From Candidatus Eiseniibacteriota bacterium (GTDB taxonomy: Bacteria; Orphanbacterota; Orphanbacteria; Orphanbacterales; Orphanbacteraceae), in the NCBI GenBank assembly GCA_029262235.1, contig JAJCZU010000008.1:195621-259620 (forward strand): a stretch of DNA of 64,000 nucleotides, written 5' to 3'. Of the stretch, positions 8,201 to 16,260 are shown in pieces (position 1 is the stretch's first letter; every line of letters begins with the position of its first letter). The position numbers and the translations under genes are program-made. The notes under the pieces were generated by a model that did not search any database, was not told where the DNA came from, and saw nothing but the letters and a program-made list of their open reading frames with translations.

Positions 8201-8808
8201 GCTTCGGAACGGATCCGGTTCTGTTCGATCGTCAGATCGTAACCGGCCGCGTCTTCGAAGACCGCAACGGCGACGGCGTATGGCAGCAGGGCGAGCCGGG
8301 CATCGCCGGCATCGAAATCGCGATCGACGGCGACAGCCGGGAACCACTGGTGACTGATGTGCGCGGCGTATACCGCGGCCTGTTGCTTCCCGGCCGGCAC
8401 TTCCTGCAACTGCTGCCGGCGTCTGTATCGACCGACTTCACGATCGAAGATGCAGGCCGCGTCGACGTGGAAGTTGCGATCGATCACGTGACGGCCCATG
8501 ACTTTCCCCTTGCGCGCCGCGTCGGTTCGATCGAAGGGGTGGTTCTCGATACCCGCTCCGGATCCGGCATGGCCGACGTGAAGGTCTACCTGGACGACAG
8601 GACCTTCACCTATACGACCACCGAGGGCATTTTCCGATTCCGATCGATTGCGGCGGGTGAGTATCAGATTCGGCTTGCGAGCGAAAGCCTCCCGTTCGGA
8701 TACCGCAGCGAGAGTCCGGACGCGCTAACGGTACGGGTCGATGAGTCGGGCGGAGTGACGACCGGCACGTTCCGGGTCTTTCGCCCTGTCGTAGAGTACG
8801 AGTTCTAA
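5221..8808 (+). CDS. 1195-aa exported protein: repeat-rich low-complexity N-terminal half, putative beta-barrel middle, C-terminal SdrD-B-like and carboxypeptidase-regulatory-like Ig domains (usher-like candidate)
   Basis: N-terminal TM/signal MPMIRKRYILAAIVLLLLAIGL. Tandem repeats across aa ~150-410. The Gly/Arg/Tyr-rich alternating region (aa ~520-1000) is compatible with an OM barrel. RVFEDRNGDGVWQQGEPGIAGIEI is an SdrD B-like motif. GSIEGVVLD...VKVYLDD...TTTEGIFRFRSIAAGEYQIRL is CarboxypepD_reg-like. The protein ends ...VEYEF. Confidence 0.5.
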   Translation: MPMIRKRYILAAIVLLLLAIGLRIARSPGESPGEQVIREDEHGSSVESARWRAPGNRVDSDLSTRSAEENTPGGFVIRRIPRSEFQVAETAEREEHNPEREATSTTTPVSAPAHRSDAAQANAGTSHANTIVRTNQGEASSGKAVVTRDADANTSANTSTNTSTNTSTNVVENGAAGQKKVAPLVLAPRIEPTHRAPVPDEAESLEESEPFVVSRVERQNRDAGKTVAPSGVVTQSHDQSNGEAIAARDTNTSTNTNTSTSTNVVENGTAIQEQAAPLVLAPRIEPTHRAPVPAEAESLEEFEPFVVSRVEREDRNDNTPETRRENLTAATEVPSRPATGPATAPTTAPMTAPTTAPTTAKTLSQTNEIKTSRSKAAVMRDANTNTDVVENGALVQEESAPLVLAPETGVAAQENVAESQESVEFPSVEPQEDFEVRLVKRGESDGTPPALHEYSQYEESDLETFESRQIPVSEFPLVETLHRRIRMRKNQAAEPAPLMSRVPQQNNSVFRLWDQIALRFSSVLNRPQVGEATREGRYDVNLVRMQSAGRFDLESRIGDRDGDYYLARGYAGFATRSGWAAGVGDQTIGYGGAGLHGATARGIQIRHTRRAGSSSATWSGGAMVGGAALQHANLEDGKFPRRVEAAYLRVEKPRRQGIEGVVYHLAEREAGSVISPDGIRGGAGVGLSGSFIRSGLDLRAEYTGSAPQFENGSTERGQALDLRSTGTRGPVNLSGRLRTSRGAAYEMGPFGIMERIPRLIQDANLSLRPGRGSSVSVFGGRWEYPPDIFPDTLESASTRRSIEGNRRGARLTWRSGRSGTGLSASREYRERVLESGSERVATLAASVSQRIRRLLNASLSWNRLDYDHRASNNYLTGSMSLDMGRRGTLTLQQRSFWQEPFGPRLESIVDLSSFRLLNNRLSLSGQVALTYEQRDDGRFYRDQTRGQVAGDYRIGRFDRLSGRYQLSHSPVGHVHTAYVGLTHSLDSRSDISSGFGTDPVLFDRQIVTGRVFEDRNGDGVWQQGEPGIAGIEIAIDGDSREPLVTDVRGVYRGLLLPGRHFLQLLPASVSTDFTIEDAGRVDVEVAIDHVTAHDFPLARRVGSIEGVVLDTRSGSGMADVKVYLDDRTFTYTTTEGIFRFRSIAAGEYQIRLASESLPFGYRSESPDALTVRVDESGGVTTGTFRVFRPVVEYEF
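5661..6443 (+). repeat. in-frame tandem repeats inside the 1195-aa gene (about 282-300 nt unit, 2 full copies plus 1 partial; embedded ACG-AGC/AAC 9-nt microsatellite and Pro/Thr/Ala repeat)
   Basis: Copy 1 is ~5661-5885 and copy 2 is ~5961-6165. They share long identical stretches, e.g. CCCCTCGTTCTCGCGCCGCGAATCGAACCGACGCATCGCGCGCCGGTTCCC. A partial copy lies at 6357-6443. (AACACGAGC)n-like runs encode NTSTNTSTN. 6229-6300 encodes PATGPATAPTTAPMTAPTTAPTTA. An A8 run lies at 5753-5760. Confidence 0.9.
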
Positions 8809-8832
8809 GCGCGACCGCCGGGCGACCGCAAC

Positions 8833-9366
8833 TCATTCCAGACTGTCATCGATTTCCTGCAGCCACCTGATGCGGGCGCGGGTTACATGAAGCGCGCCGC
8901 GCGCCATCGTATATTGAAATTGATCGTGGCTCTTCTTCAGCTCCCGGCAATCCTTTTGTATCTCATTCCGCTTCCGTTCGAGCATCGTTCTCGCCTCTCC
9001 TAGAAACGTGCGCTGCTTTTCGACCGAAAGCGCGCCCAGGAACCGCACACGCGTCCGCAGTGGATCGATCGGCAGATCGCCCGCCCACTCGGACACGGGC
9101 GGGCCGATCCAGGATCGAAGCGCGCGCGTTCCGGCAGCGGTCGTCTGAAACGCGCGGCTCTCCCTCTTCCCCTGCTTCTGCGATTGCGATCGGACGAGAG
9201 CAGCCCGTTCCAGGCGCTGAAACACGGGATAGATGGCTCCTGCGCTTCCGCTCCAGTGCGGGGAAGGCGAACTCTTCATGATCTGCTGCACGCTGTAGGG
9301 CGTACACGGCCCCTGCGACCAGATCAGGCCCAGAACGCACGCTTCGAGCTCCGTCAGGTCGCTCAT
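8833..9366 (-). CDS. PadR-family transcriptional regulator
   Basis: 177 aa. The N-terminal winged helix LEACVLGLIWSQGPCTPYSVQQ...GAIYPVFQRLERAALV is typical of PadR, with a C-terminal helical extension. Confidence 0.8.
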   Translation of the reverse strand: MSDLTELEACVLGLIWSQGPCTPYSVQQIMKSSPSPHWSGSAGAIYPVFQRLERAALVRSQSQKQGKRESRAFQTTAAGTRALRSWIGPPVSEWAGDLPIDPLRTRVRFLGALSVEKQRTFLGEARTMLERKRNEIQKDCRELKKSHDQFQYTMARGALHVTRARIRWLQEIDDSLE

Positions 9367-9409
9367 TCGTTCTTTCCTCTCATTCCGTGAAACTTGACGA
9401 TACTACGAT

Positions 9410-9422
9410 TCGTAATATACGA
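9410..9422. promoter_or_regulatory. small palindrome TCGTA-ATA-TACGA in the AT-rich divergent padR / protease intergenic region (operator candidate)
   Basis: Perfect 5-3-5 inverted repeat, surrounded by five ACGAT(A/T) motifs within 9397-9447. TTGACG occurs at 9394-9399. No experimental or comparative support. Confidence 0.25.
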
Positions 9423-9472
9423 TACACGCAACGATAGCGAGGCCGCAAGCGCCGAAGAAGAAGGAGATCACC

Positions 9473-10702
9473 ATGCATCGGATTCAATCACGCTTTCCCC
9501 GAGCCCTCGCTCTGGGCGCAATGGCCGCCGCGGTCGTTCTGTCAGGATGCGTTGTCCAGAAGGGCGCGCCCCCCCAGGCTCAGGCAATGGCCGCAAGTTC
9601 CACGGAGGTTCCCGTCGCCACACTCCCGCTTACCACTTTCGGCGGGCGACCGGTCGTAGAGGTTTCCATCAACGGGACGCCTGCGAAGACGTTCATCCTC
9701 GATACCGGCGCTTCCTACACGGTGGTCGACGTCAGCGTTGCCGAGGAACTGCAGTTGCCCGTCACGCGACAAATGATGGTCAAGAGCCCGCTTGGTCCGA
9801 ACGAGATCGAATCGGACGTGGTTACCGTATCGAAACTGAGCGTAGCCGGCCTGACATTTGAAAATCAGGAGGCAACCACATTCGGGCTTCTGGCTTTCAT
9901 GCAGATGGAAGGCGCGCCGGTGGGGGTACTGAGCTACCGCATCTTCGACGGATACCGGCTTGTTCTCGATTACCCCGGTGAGCAGCTTCGCCTTTATGAA
10001 GGAGAACTGCCTGAGCCCGACGGCAGGAAAGTGTTCTCGTTCGACGACACGATCCCTGAAGTCACGGTCCGCGTCGCGGGTCACGACTGGCCGTTTCATC
10101 TCGACACGGGTTCGCCCGGCGGATTCGTATTCCCGCTCGCGGCCGCGGCCGATCTGCCGCTTCAGTCGCCGCCGACCGTGATGGGTCGCGCAAAAGTCGT
10201 AAACGCCGAGTTCGACATCTACGCATCTACACTCCAGGGAACGCTTGAACTGGGCGAAATGAGCTTCGAGAATCCGCCCCTCACCTTCATTGAAGGGGCG
10301 CCGTACGGGAACATCGGGAACGGGGTGTTGGGCCAGTGCGTTCTGACGATGGATCCACGCAACAACCGCTTGATGCTCGAGGAACAGCCGAACGCCACCG
10401 CCGCCGCACCCGGTCCGCAGAAAGTGCGTAGGCTCGTTTCGCCCGGAGGCGGCGGCAAGAAGGTGTACGGGATTCGACTGGCCGCGTTCGAAGAGAGCCC
10501 GATGCCCGTGGCGGGCGTCGAGCCCGGGTCACCCGCGGAGGCCGCCGGACTCGGAAGCGGCGACCTCATTACGAAGATCAACGGGACGGCGATCGAATCA
10601 ATGGGCCGCGACGACCGGATCGCGGCTCTCCGCGGAAGTCCGCTCACCGTGACCGTCAAACGAGGCGAAACCGTAACCGAAGTGCAGATGTCGCTTGACT
10701 GA
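9473..10702 (+). CDS. lipoprotein with two tandem retropepsin-like aspartic protease domains and a C-terminal PDZ domain
   Basis: Lipobox VLSGC. ILDTGASYTVV (D77, codon at 9701) and HLDTGSPGGFVF (D211, codon at 10103) each sit in a ~120-aa domain that ends with a G-rich flap plus hhhD...L motif. PDZ: VAGVEPGSPAEAAGLGSGDLITKINGTAI. AGGAGA RBS. Confidence 0.7.
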   Translation: MHRIQSRFPRALALGAMAAAVVLSGCVVQKGAPPQAQAMAASSTEVPVATLPLTTFGGRPVVEVSINGTPAKTFILDTGASYTVVDVSVAEELQLPVTRQMMVKSPLGPNEIESDVVTVSKLSVAGLTFENQEATTFGLLAFMQMEGAPVGVLSYRIFDGYRLVLDYPGEQLRLYEGELPEPDGRKVFSFDDTIPEVTVRVAGHDWPFHLDTGSPGGFVFPLAAAADLPLQSPPTVMGRAKVVNAEFDIYASTLQGTLELGEMSFENPPLTFIEGAPYGNIGNGVLGQCVLTMDPRNNRLMLEEQPNATAAAPGPQKVRRLVSPGGGGKKVYGIRLAAFEESPMPVAGVEPGSPAEAAGLGSGDLITKINGTAIESMGRDDRIAALRGSPLTVTVKRGETVTEVQMSLD

Positions 10703-10763
10703 GCCTGCATCGCAGTTGCGGCGGCCGGCAGCCAAGGGCGCATCGTGCGCCCGGTACCGCGAA

Positions 10764-10970
10764 CTATCCTTTCTTCGAACGCGCGGACAGCCCGATTCCG
10801 CCGAGCAGCAGGGCGCCGCCCAGTATCGCGAAAACGGGAGACGTCGACTGGGACACGGACACTTCGAGACCACCGATCCCGGCGGACTGGTGGTTCTCGC
10901 TGTACAGATAGCCCCAGTATCCGAGCAGAGCGACTCCGGCGATGATGAGAATGATCGGAAGCTTGTTCAC
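10764..10970 (-). CDS. small two-TM membrane protein (DUF3185-like)
   Basis: GTG start at 10970 preceded by AAGGAGAGGAA. 68 aa: VNKLPIILIIAGVALLGYWGY...PVFAILGGALLLGGIGLSARSKKG. The longer 126-aa ORF N-terminus has no RBS support. Confidence 0.55.
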   Translation of the reverse strand: MNKLPIILIIAGVALLGYWGYLYSENHQSAGIGGLEVSVSQSTSPVFAILGGALLLGGIGLSARSKKG

Positions 10971-11317
10971 TGGATTCCTCTCCTTTGCAATAAGTTGAAA
11001 GGTAACAGAGGTACGGGCAGATTGATCGTGGCATGCGGAGCGATGTCCGGTCAAGAGAAGCATGCGGAACACGCGCGGGCGAGGGTCCGCGACCTTGATC
11101 GGTACGTTCGCCGTGGCGCCGCCGCCCGTCAGGCGGGCATTCACGAACGAAGCCCTGTTCGGTGTTGATACGGCCGACAGTTTTCAGGATACTGGGAGAA
11201 TGAAAGATGCAACATCAATTACAATCACGGGGATCCACTCGCGCCGTTCGGGGGCAGGCAGTCCCTCGTAGATTGCGAACGTGCGTCCACATCCCAGGGC
11301 ACTACAGGAGGTGACCG

Positions 11318-13117
11318 ATGCCCGCCGCCACTTCCGCACGAGTCGCGAACGACTCTACGTTTTTTGAGCACAGGCACGCGTTTCTGCTTCACGTTTCCAC
11401 GCTCCTTCCATTCAAGCTCCTTGCAATTCTGCTCGTCATTCCCGTTTTTTCCTGCGGAAGCGAAACTCGCCGGAACGACGACATGGGCGCGCTTGTTCCC
11501 GAACTGCTGCTCGGGCGCGACGGAGTTTGGGAAGGCGAACTCGTAAACGGCGAGTACCGCATGCGAAACGAGTCCGAAGATCCCACGCTCTATTACTTCT
11601 CCGTCGACGGCAAACCGGGGAGCGAGGGGCGGCGCACCGCGCGTGTCGACGTTACGCTCGCAACCGAGTCGCCGACTTCGCACGCCGGTCTCGTCTACGG
11701 CGTAACGACCGAACCCGAGACGTTCTTCTACCTGTTCGCGCTCCGGCCCGGACCGCTCGCCACGATTTATCGCTGGGACTCAGAGGGAGTAAACGAGCTT
11801 TCGAGCGTGAGCGGTGACGATGTCCCCGCAGGGACGAACACGCTCGCGATCGAAGAGGACGGTGATCGCGTGCGCTTTTTCGTCGGCGATCGTGAGATCT
11901 CGTCCATTTCGGGACGTGGTGTCGGCGCCGGGCAGATCGGCGTCGCGGCCTGGGGCATCGGCGAGTTCGTGTTCGACCGGTTTGATCTGCTTCCGGCGCT
12001 GGACGGGCCGGGCTCATCCGGCGACGAGCCGGTTGTCGCGAACGCAGGAACGCAACTGCACCTGCGTGTCGTTGAAATCCTCGACGAAAGCGGTTTCGGG
12101 CAGCCCGTGGTCGCGCTTCGCTTCCTGGCTCCCGTCGACTGGAGGGTGCAGGGCGGCGTGACCTGGAACTGGCAGTTTTCATGCATCAACGAACTGGTAC
12201 AACTCGGGATCCAGGCAACGAGCCCCGACGGATCGCTTGCGTTCGAGATCTTCCCGACATGGTTCGCCGAGTGGGTCGAGGACGACTACGAACTTCAGGT
12301 CAAACAACAGGCGATGCAGCAGGGGCAACAGCAATGCCCGCTCGCGCCACCGTTCGACGCGCCGACGTTTCTGACCGAGTACTTCGTGCCCGGGTTTCGC
12401 GCAGGTGCAAACGTGCGTGCAGCCGAGCCGCATCCTGAAACTGCCCAGGCGCTCTCACAGAAAGTGCGGCGGCGTTTCGCGGAAGTCGGCATGAGCCAGT
12501 ACGACATCAACGCCGACGCCGCCAGTATCGTGATCTCGCATGGCAACGCGGACGAGCGCGTGCTCGCCTCGACCTACGTAATGCAGATGCAGGGGCTCTC
12601 GCTGTCCGCGCAGGCACAGGGACGTATGGCGATGCGGAACCAGTACTTCTCGATCGCGGAAAACGTGTACGGATTCCGTGCGCCGCGCGGCGAACTCGAC
12701 AGGAACGAAGCGCTCTTCGCGACGATTCTCGGTTCACTTCAGATCAACCCCGCATGGCAGACCGCGATCACGCTCGTACAGGGCAAGATCACGCAGAACA
12801 ACATCCGGCAGATCGCCGAGATGGGCAGGATCTGGAACGAAGCGGCCCGGCGCGAACAGGACATCCAGAACCGCGACTGGCAGCGAAGCCAGCGCGAACG
12901 TGACGCGCTTGCGGAGAGCTGGACACAGATGATGAAAGGGGTCGCTTCCTATCAGGATCCGGACGACGGCACGACCGTCGAACTCACCGACGGCTTCGAT
13001 GTGGTCTGGGCGAAGAACGGCAGCGAATTCCTGCTGTCCACCGACCCTTCGTTCGACCCGAATGTCGTGCTTCGCGATCAGTCGTGGAACCAGCTCAGGC
13101 GCGTCAGCCGGCCGTAA
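11318..13117 (+). CDS. hypothetical exported protein/lipoprotein (599 aa), N-terminal LamG/DUF1080-like jelly-roll?, C-terminal unknown
   Basis: Strong GGAGGTGA RBS. Hydrophobic segment ending VFSCGS (possible lipobox). No recognisable catalytic motif. Confidence 0.55.
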   Translation: MPAATSARVANDSTFFEHRHAFLLHVSTLLPFKLLAILLVIPVFSCGSETRRNDDMGALVPELLLGRDGVWEGELVNGEYRMRNESEDPTLYYFSVDGKPGSEGRRTARVDVTLATESPTSHAGLVYGVTTEPETFFYLFALRPGPLATIYRWDSEGVNELSSVSGDDVPAGTNTLAIEEDGDRVRFFVGDREISSISGRGVGAGQIGVAAWGIGEFVFDRFDLLPALDGPGSSGDEPVVANAGTQLHLRVVEILDESGFGQPVVALRFLAPVDWRVQGGVTWNWQFSCINELVQLGIQATSPDGSLAFEIFPTWFAEWVEDDYELQVKQQAMQQGQQQCPLAPPFDAPTFLTEYFVPGFRAGANVRAAEPHPETAQALSQKVRRRFAEVGMSQYDINADAASIVISHGNADERVLASTYVMQMQGLSLSAQAQGRMAMRNQYFSIAENVYGFRAPRGELDRNEALFATILGSLQINPAWQTAITLVQGKITQNNIRQIAEMGRIWNEAARREQDIQNRDWQRSQRERDALAESWTQMMKGVASYQDPDDGTTVELTDGFDVVWAKNGSEFLLSTDPSFDPNVVLRDQSWNQLRRVSRP

Positions 13118-13164
13118 GGCAGATTCGACAAACGATCGCGCCGGAAATCCATTAATATGCGGCC

Positions 13165-14595
13165 ATGTCACGTCCCGCCGCAAAGAAGATGTCGATCACC
13201 ACGATCAGCATGCTCATCGTTGTCGCGACGTTCGGAATCCTGAACGTCATCGACAACATGGTCGCGCTCGGGCTTTCCGCGATCCCGTCGTGGTTCCTGG
13301 TCGGCTTTCTGTACTTTCTGCCTCTCGCGCTCATCCTCGCCGAATTCGCAAGCGACTCCACCGAAGAGAGCGGCGGCATTTACAGCTATATGGAGCGCGG
13401 CCTCGGCCCGACCTGGGCCTTCGTCGGCACATGGTCGTACTTCGTGGCGAACGTCGTGTATCTGCAGCGGTCGTTCAGCCTGCTGCCCGTTCGCGCTTCG
13501 GTCGCCGTGAGCGGCGTCGACGTCTTCGAAAGCGCCGCCTGGGCACTCCCGCCCCTCGGCATCGTAATCTGTATCGTGCTTACCCTCGTCAGCACGCGCG
13601 GCGTGAAGCTGTTCTCGCATCTTGCCGACTGGGTCGGCCGCGGAACGCTGCTTCTGGTGGGGCTTTTGATCGTGGTGCCGATCGGATTCGCGCTGTTTAC
13701 GAAGGGCGTCTCGTTCGCCGGTTATTCGCGCGAGGCGCTTACGCCCACACTGAACCTCGAGTATTTCTCGACGTTCGCCTGGCTTCTGTTCGCCGTGGCG
13801 GGCGCGGAAGTCGCCGCTCCCTACGTGAAAGAGACGCGCGATCCGAAGCGCAGCTTTCCGCGCGCGATTCTGCTCAGCACCGTGCTGATCGGGGCGCTCT
13901 ACGTTCTGGCCACGATCGCCGTGAGCGTGCTCGTTCCGGTCGCGTCGCTTACGAAATCAACAGGGCTCTACGACGTGTTCACGGGGCTCGGCGCGATGCT
14001 GCATCTCCCCGCGGAGCTTTTCGGGCGCGCCGCAACCAGCTTCATCATGATCGGAAGCGTGGCTGCTTACATTATATGGATGGAGTCCCCGATCCGGGCG
14101 ATGTTCGCCGAAGTGCCGAAGGGAACGTTCCCGTACTTTCTGACGAGGCGCGATGAAGAAGGCACGCATCATCAGGCTCTCTGGTCGCAGGCCCTCGTGG
14201 TGATCGCGATTACGCTGATACCGCTGCTCTCGATTCTGACGGGAACGTCCGGCTCCGAAGCGTTCATCGGGCTGTTGAACGACCTCACGTCGCTGTCGCT
14301 CGTCATTCCGTACGTGTTCATCGCACTCGCGTATATACGCGCGCGCCGGAAAGGGATGAAGGCGCCGTTTCAGATGGCGCGTTCCAACAGTGTTGCGATC
14401 GGAATCGGCATCGTGGTGCTTGTCGTCTCGGCGCTCGGCTATTTCGGCGCCGGACTCTTCGCGCTGCAGGCGGAAACGATCGACTGGTTCTACGTGGGCG
14501 TCGTTTACGCCGGGCCCGTCGCGCTGATCGGCCTGGGACTGATGCTCCGGGCGTGGTCACTGAAAGCGCACGGCAAGTTACAGCCAGAGGCATAG
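13165..14595 (+). CDS. APC-superfamily amino acid permease (YjeM/GadC-like)
   Basis: 476 aa with ~12 hydrophobic segments. The N-terminal ...ISMLIVVATFGILN...FLYFLPLALILAEF pattern is typical of APC transporters. Confidence 0.85.
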   Translation: MSRPAAKKMSITTISMLIVVATFGILNVIDNMVALGLSAIPSWFLVGFLYFLPLALILAEFASDSTEESGGIYSYMERGLGPTWAFVGTWSYFVANVVYLQRSFSLLPVRASVAVSGVDVFESAAWALPPLGIVICIVLTLVSTRGVKLFSHLADWVGRGTLLLVGLLIVVPIGFALFTKGVSFAGYSREALTPTLNLEYFSTFAWLLFAVAGAEVAAPYVKETRDPKRSFPRAILLSTVLIGALYVLATIAVSVLVPVASLTKSTGLYDVFTGLGAMLHLPAELFGRAATSFIMIGSVAAYIIWMESPIRAMFAEVPKGTFPYFLTRRDEEGTHHQALWSQALVVIAITLIPLLSILTGTSGSEAFIGLLNDLTSLSLVIPYVFIALAYIRARRKGMKAPFQMARSNSVAIGIGIVVLVVSALGYFGAGLFALQAETIDWFYVGVVYAGPVALIGLGLMLRAWSLKAHGKLQPEA

Positions 14596-14616
14596 CCAGA
14601 GGCATGGCCAGAGGCA

Positions 14617-16107
14617 TCACCCCTGGCGCCCCGATGCCCCCTGCATCGCTACCGGAGGCGGGCCGAACATTGCATCCGCGATCGCACGCCGGGCAGACGT
14701 GGCATCCTCGCGCGGAGCGATGTAGAACTCGTCGACCATCGTTGTGAGCTGAAGCCCGATCGCGTCGATCGACGGACCGATGTCGAGGTATTCCGTACCG
14801 TCGACGTAGCGTGAGAAGAAATCCGCCTGACTCCGGCCGCTCACTTCGCCTGCGATCCGAACGATATCGTCGAACGTGTACTCTTTCCCATCGCCTGAGA
14901 ACTCGCGATACATCGCCCGCATGAAGTCGGGCAACCCTCGCTCGTTGCCGGTCGCCTCGCGGATCGAAACGTCGAGCGCGAATGCGACGAGCGTCCCGCC
15001 GCCATAGACCAGCATGCGATTCTTATGCTTCTCCGCGCCTGCTGCGCGCATCGATTCCTGCGACCCCATGAGCAACCTGGCGATCGCGTAGCGTCGAGCG
15101 GTATTCTCGAGCTTGCGAAACGTGATCTCGCGCGAATCGAGTCCGAGCCGGGCCAGTTCGGTGATCGTCAGATAATCCGTGAACCCCTCCCGGAACCACT
15201 CTTCGTCGCTGCCTGCCGGAACGATCGAGTGTCCGTTCCAGAAATGGAGAACTTCGTGCGCGATGCCGTGCCCCCATACCGCGCGCGACGCTCTGTTGAC
15301 CGGACCACGAATCTGCATGCTGTAACTGTCGTTGAAGGCGCCGCCATCGGAGCGGTCCCCCGGGTTGATCACCGCGAGATAGCGCGATGCCCGCGGCATG
15401 CCGCCGAAAATCTCCTGGTAGCGCGCGGGGAGCGCTTCCATCGATTCGATGAACAGGTCCTTGTGCTCTTCGAGGCCGCCGCCGACCGCGAGAATGAAAG
15501 TGAAATCTCCGCGGGTGATCGTCTCTTCGAAGTGCGTGCCGAGGAAGAGGCAGTTCCGCCCCAGAGCGTAAGCGCTCGGAGCACGAAACGTGGGCAGGTC
15601 CCCCTCGGCCACGATCCACGGAGTGGAAGCGCGCCAGCCGCTCGGAAGATCGAATCGAACCGTTACAGGCTCGCTCGAATCGAGGCCCGGGAACAGAAAC
15701 AGAGAAAACCCCGTAAAGAAGAGGCCGTCGTTCTGCTTGTACGCCACCTCCTCGATGCCCGGCCCCCAGGAGTATTGTGCGTGCTCGAGCGCGACATCAT
15801 AGGCGACCGTTACCGCCGTTCCGGGCTGAGCGCCGACCACGCGCCAGTCGCCCGCCCCTTCGTACGTGTATTCGATCTTGGTCCCGTTCTCATGCGCAAT
15901 GGCGAGATTGCGTACCAGATCCGCCTGCCCTCCCTCGAGCTGCGGCGAATTCGTGATGTACATGCCGATTGCGTCTCCCTCCAGAAGGAACCGCCCTTCG
16001 ACATGAACGAGGGAAGGATTGTTTTCCGGCACCGTGACCGTGTATTCGAAAGCGGGCGAGGCGGCGGGCAGAAGCAGGGCGGCCAGCCCGATGCAGGCGA
16101 GTCTCAT
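14617..16107 (-). CDS. secreted zinc metallopeptidase, M61 (glycyl aminopeptidase)-like gluzincin
   Basis: Signal peptide MRLACIGLAALLLPAASPA. HEVLHFWNG (HExxH) followed by EGFTDY, as in the M61/M1-type HExxH...E arrangement. Confidence 0.7.
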   Translation of the reverse strand: MRLACIGLAALLLPAASPAFEYTVTVPENNPSLVHVEGRFLLEGDAIGMYITNSPQLEGGQADLVRNLAIAHENGTKIEYTYEGAGDWRVVGAQPGTAVTVAYDVALEHAQYSWGPGIEEVAYKQNDGLFFTGFSLFLFPGLDSSEPVTVRFDLPSGWRASTPWIVAEGDLPTFRAPSAYALGRNCLFLGTHFEETITRGDFTFILAVGGGLEEHKDLFIESMEALPARYQEIFGGMPRASRYLAVINPGDRSDGGAFNDSYSMQIRGPVNRASRAVWGHGIAHEVLHFWNGHSIVPAGSDEEWFREGFTDYLTITELARLGLDSREITFRKLENTARRYAIARLLMGSQESMRAAGAEKHKNRMLVYGGGTLVAFALDVSIREATGNERGLPDFMRAMYREFSGDGKEYTFDDIVRIAGEVSGRSQADFFSRYVDGTEYLDIGPSIDAIGLQLTTMVDEFYIAPREDATSARRAIADAMFGPPPVAMQGASGRQG

Positions 16108-16201
16108 GATTTCTCCTCAGATCAGTGAGCAGGGGAATGAACACTTGTCTGATCAGACGAGTCGGGAAGCGATTAGGTTTCCGGCGCCCGATTGCGGGCA
16201 C

Positions 16202-16232
16202 AAAAAAAGCGGGGGCGACTGGCACCCCCGCT
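16202..16232 (-). terminator. rho-independent terminator downstream of the CHRD gene
   Basis: On the minus strand: GCGGGGG-TGCCAGTC-GCCCCCGC followed by TTTTTTT, 29 nt after the stop. Confidence 0.7.
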
Positions 16233-16260
16233 TCTCAATCAATCCCTGAAATCAAAAGCT

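Noticed and set aside
14584-14619. 3 x 12-nt tandem repeat CCAGAGGCAT(NN) spanning the stops of the convergent permease and M61 genes
   Set aside because: Very short, with no hairpin or motif, and most simply a slippage product. Too little information to assign a function.
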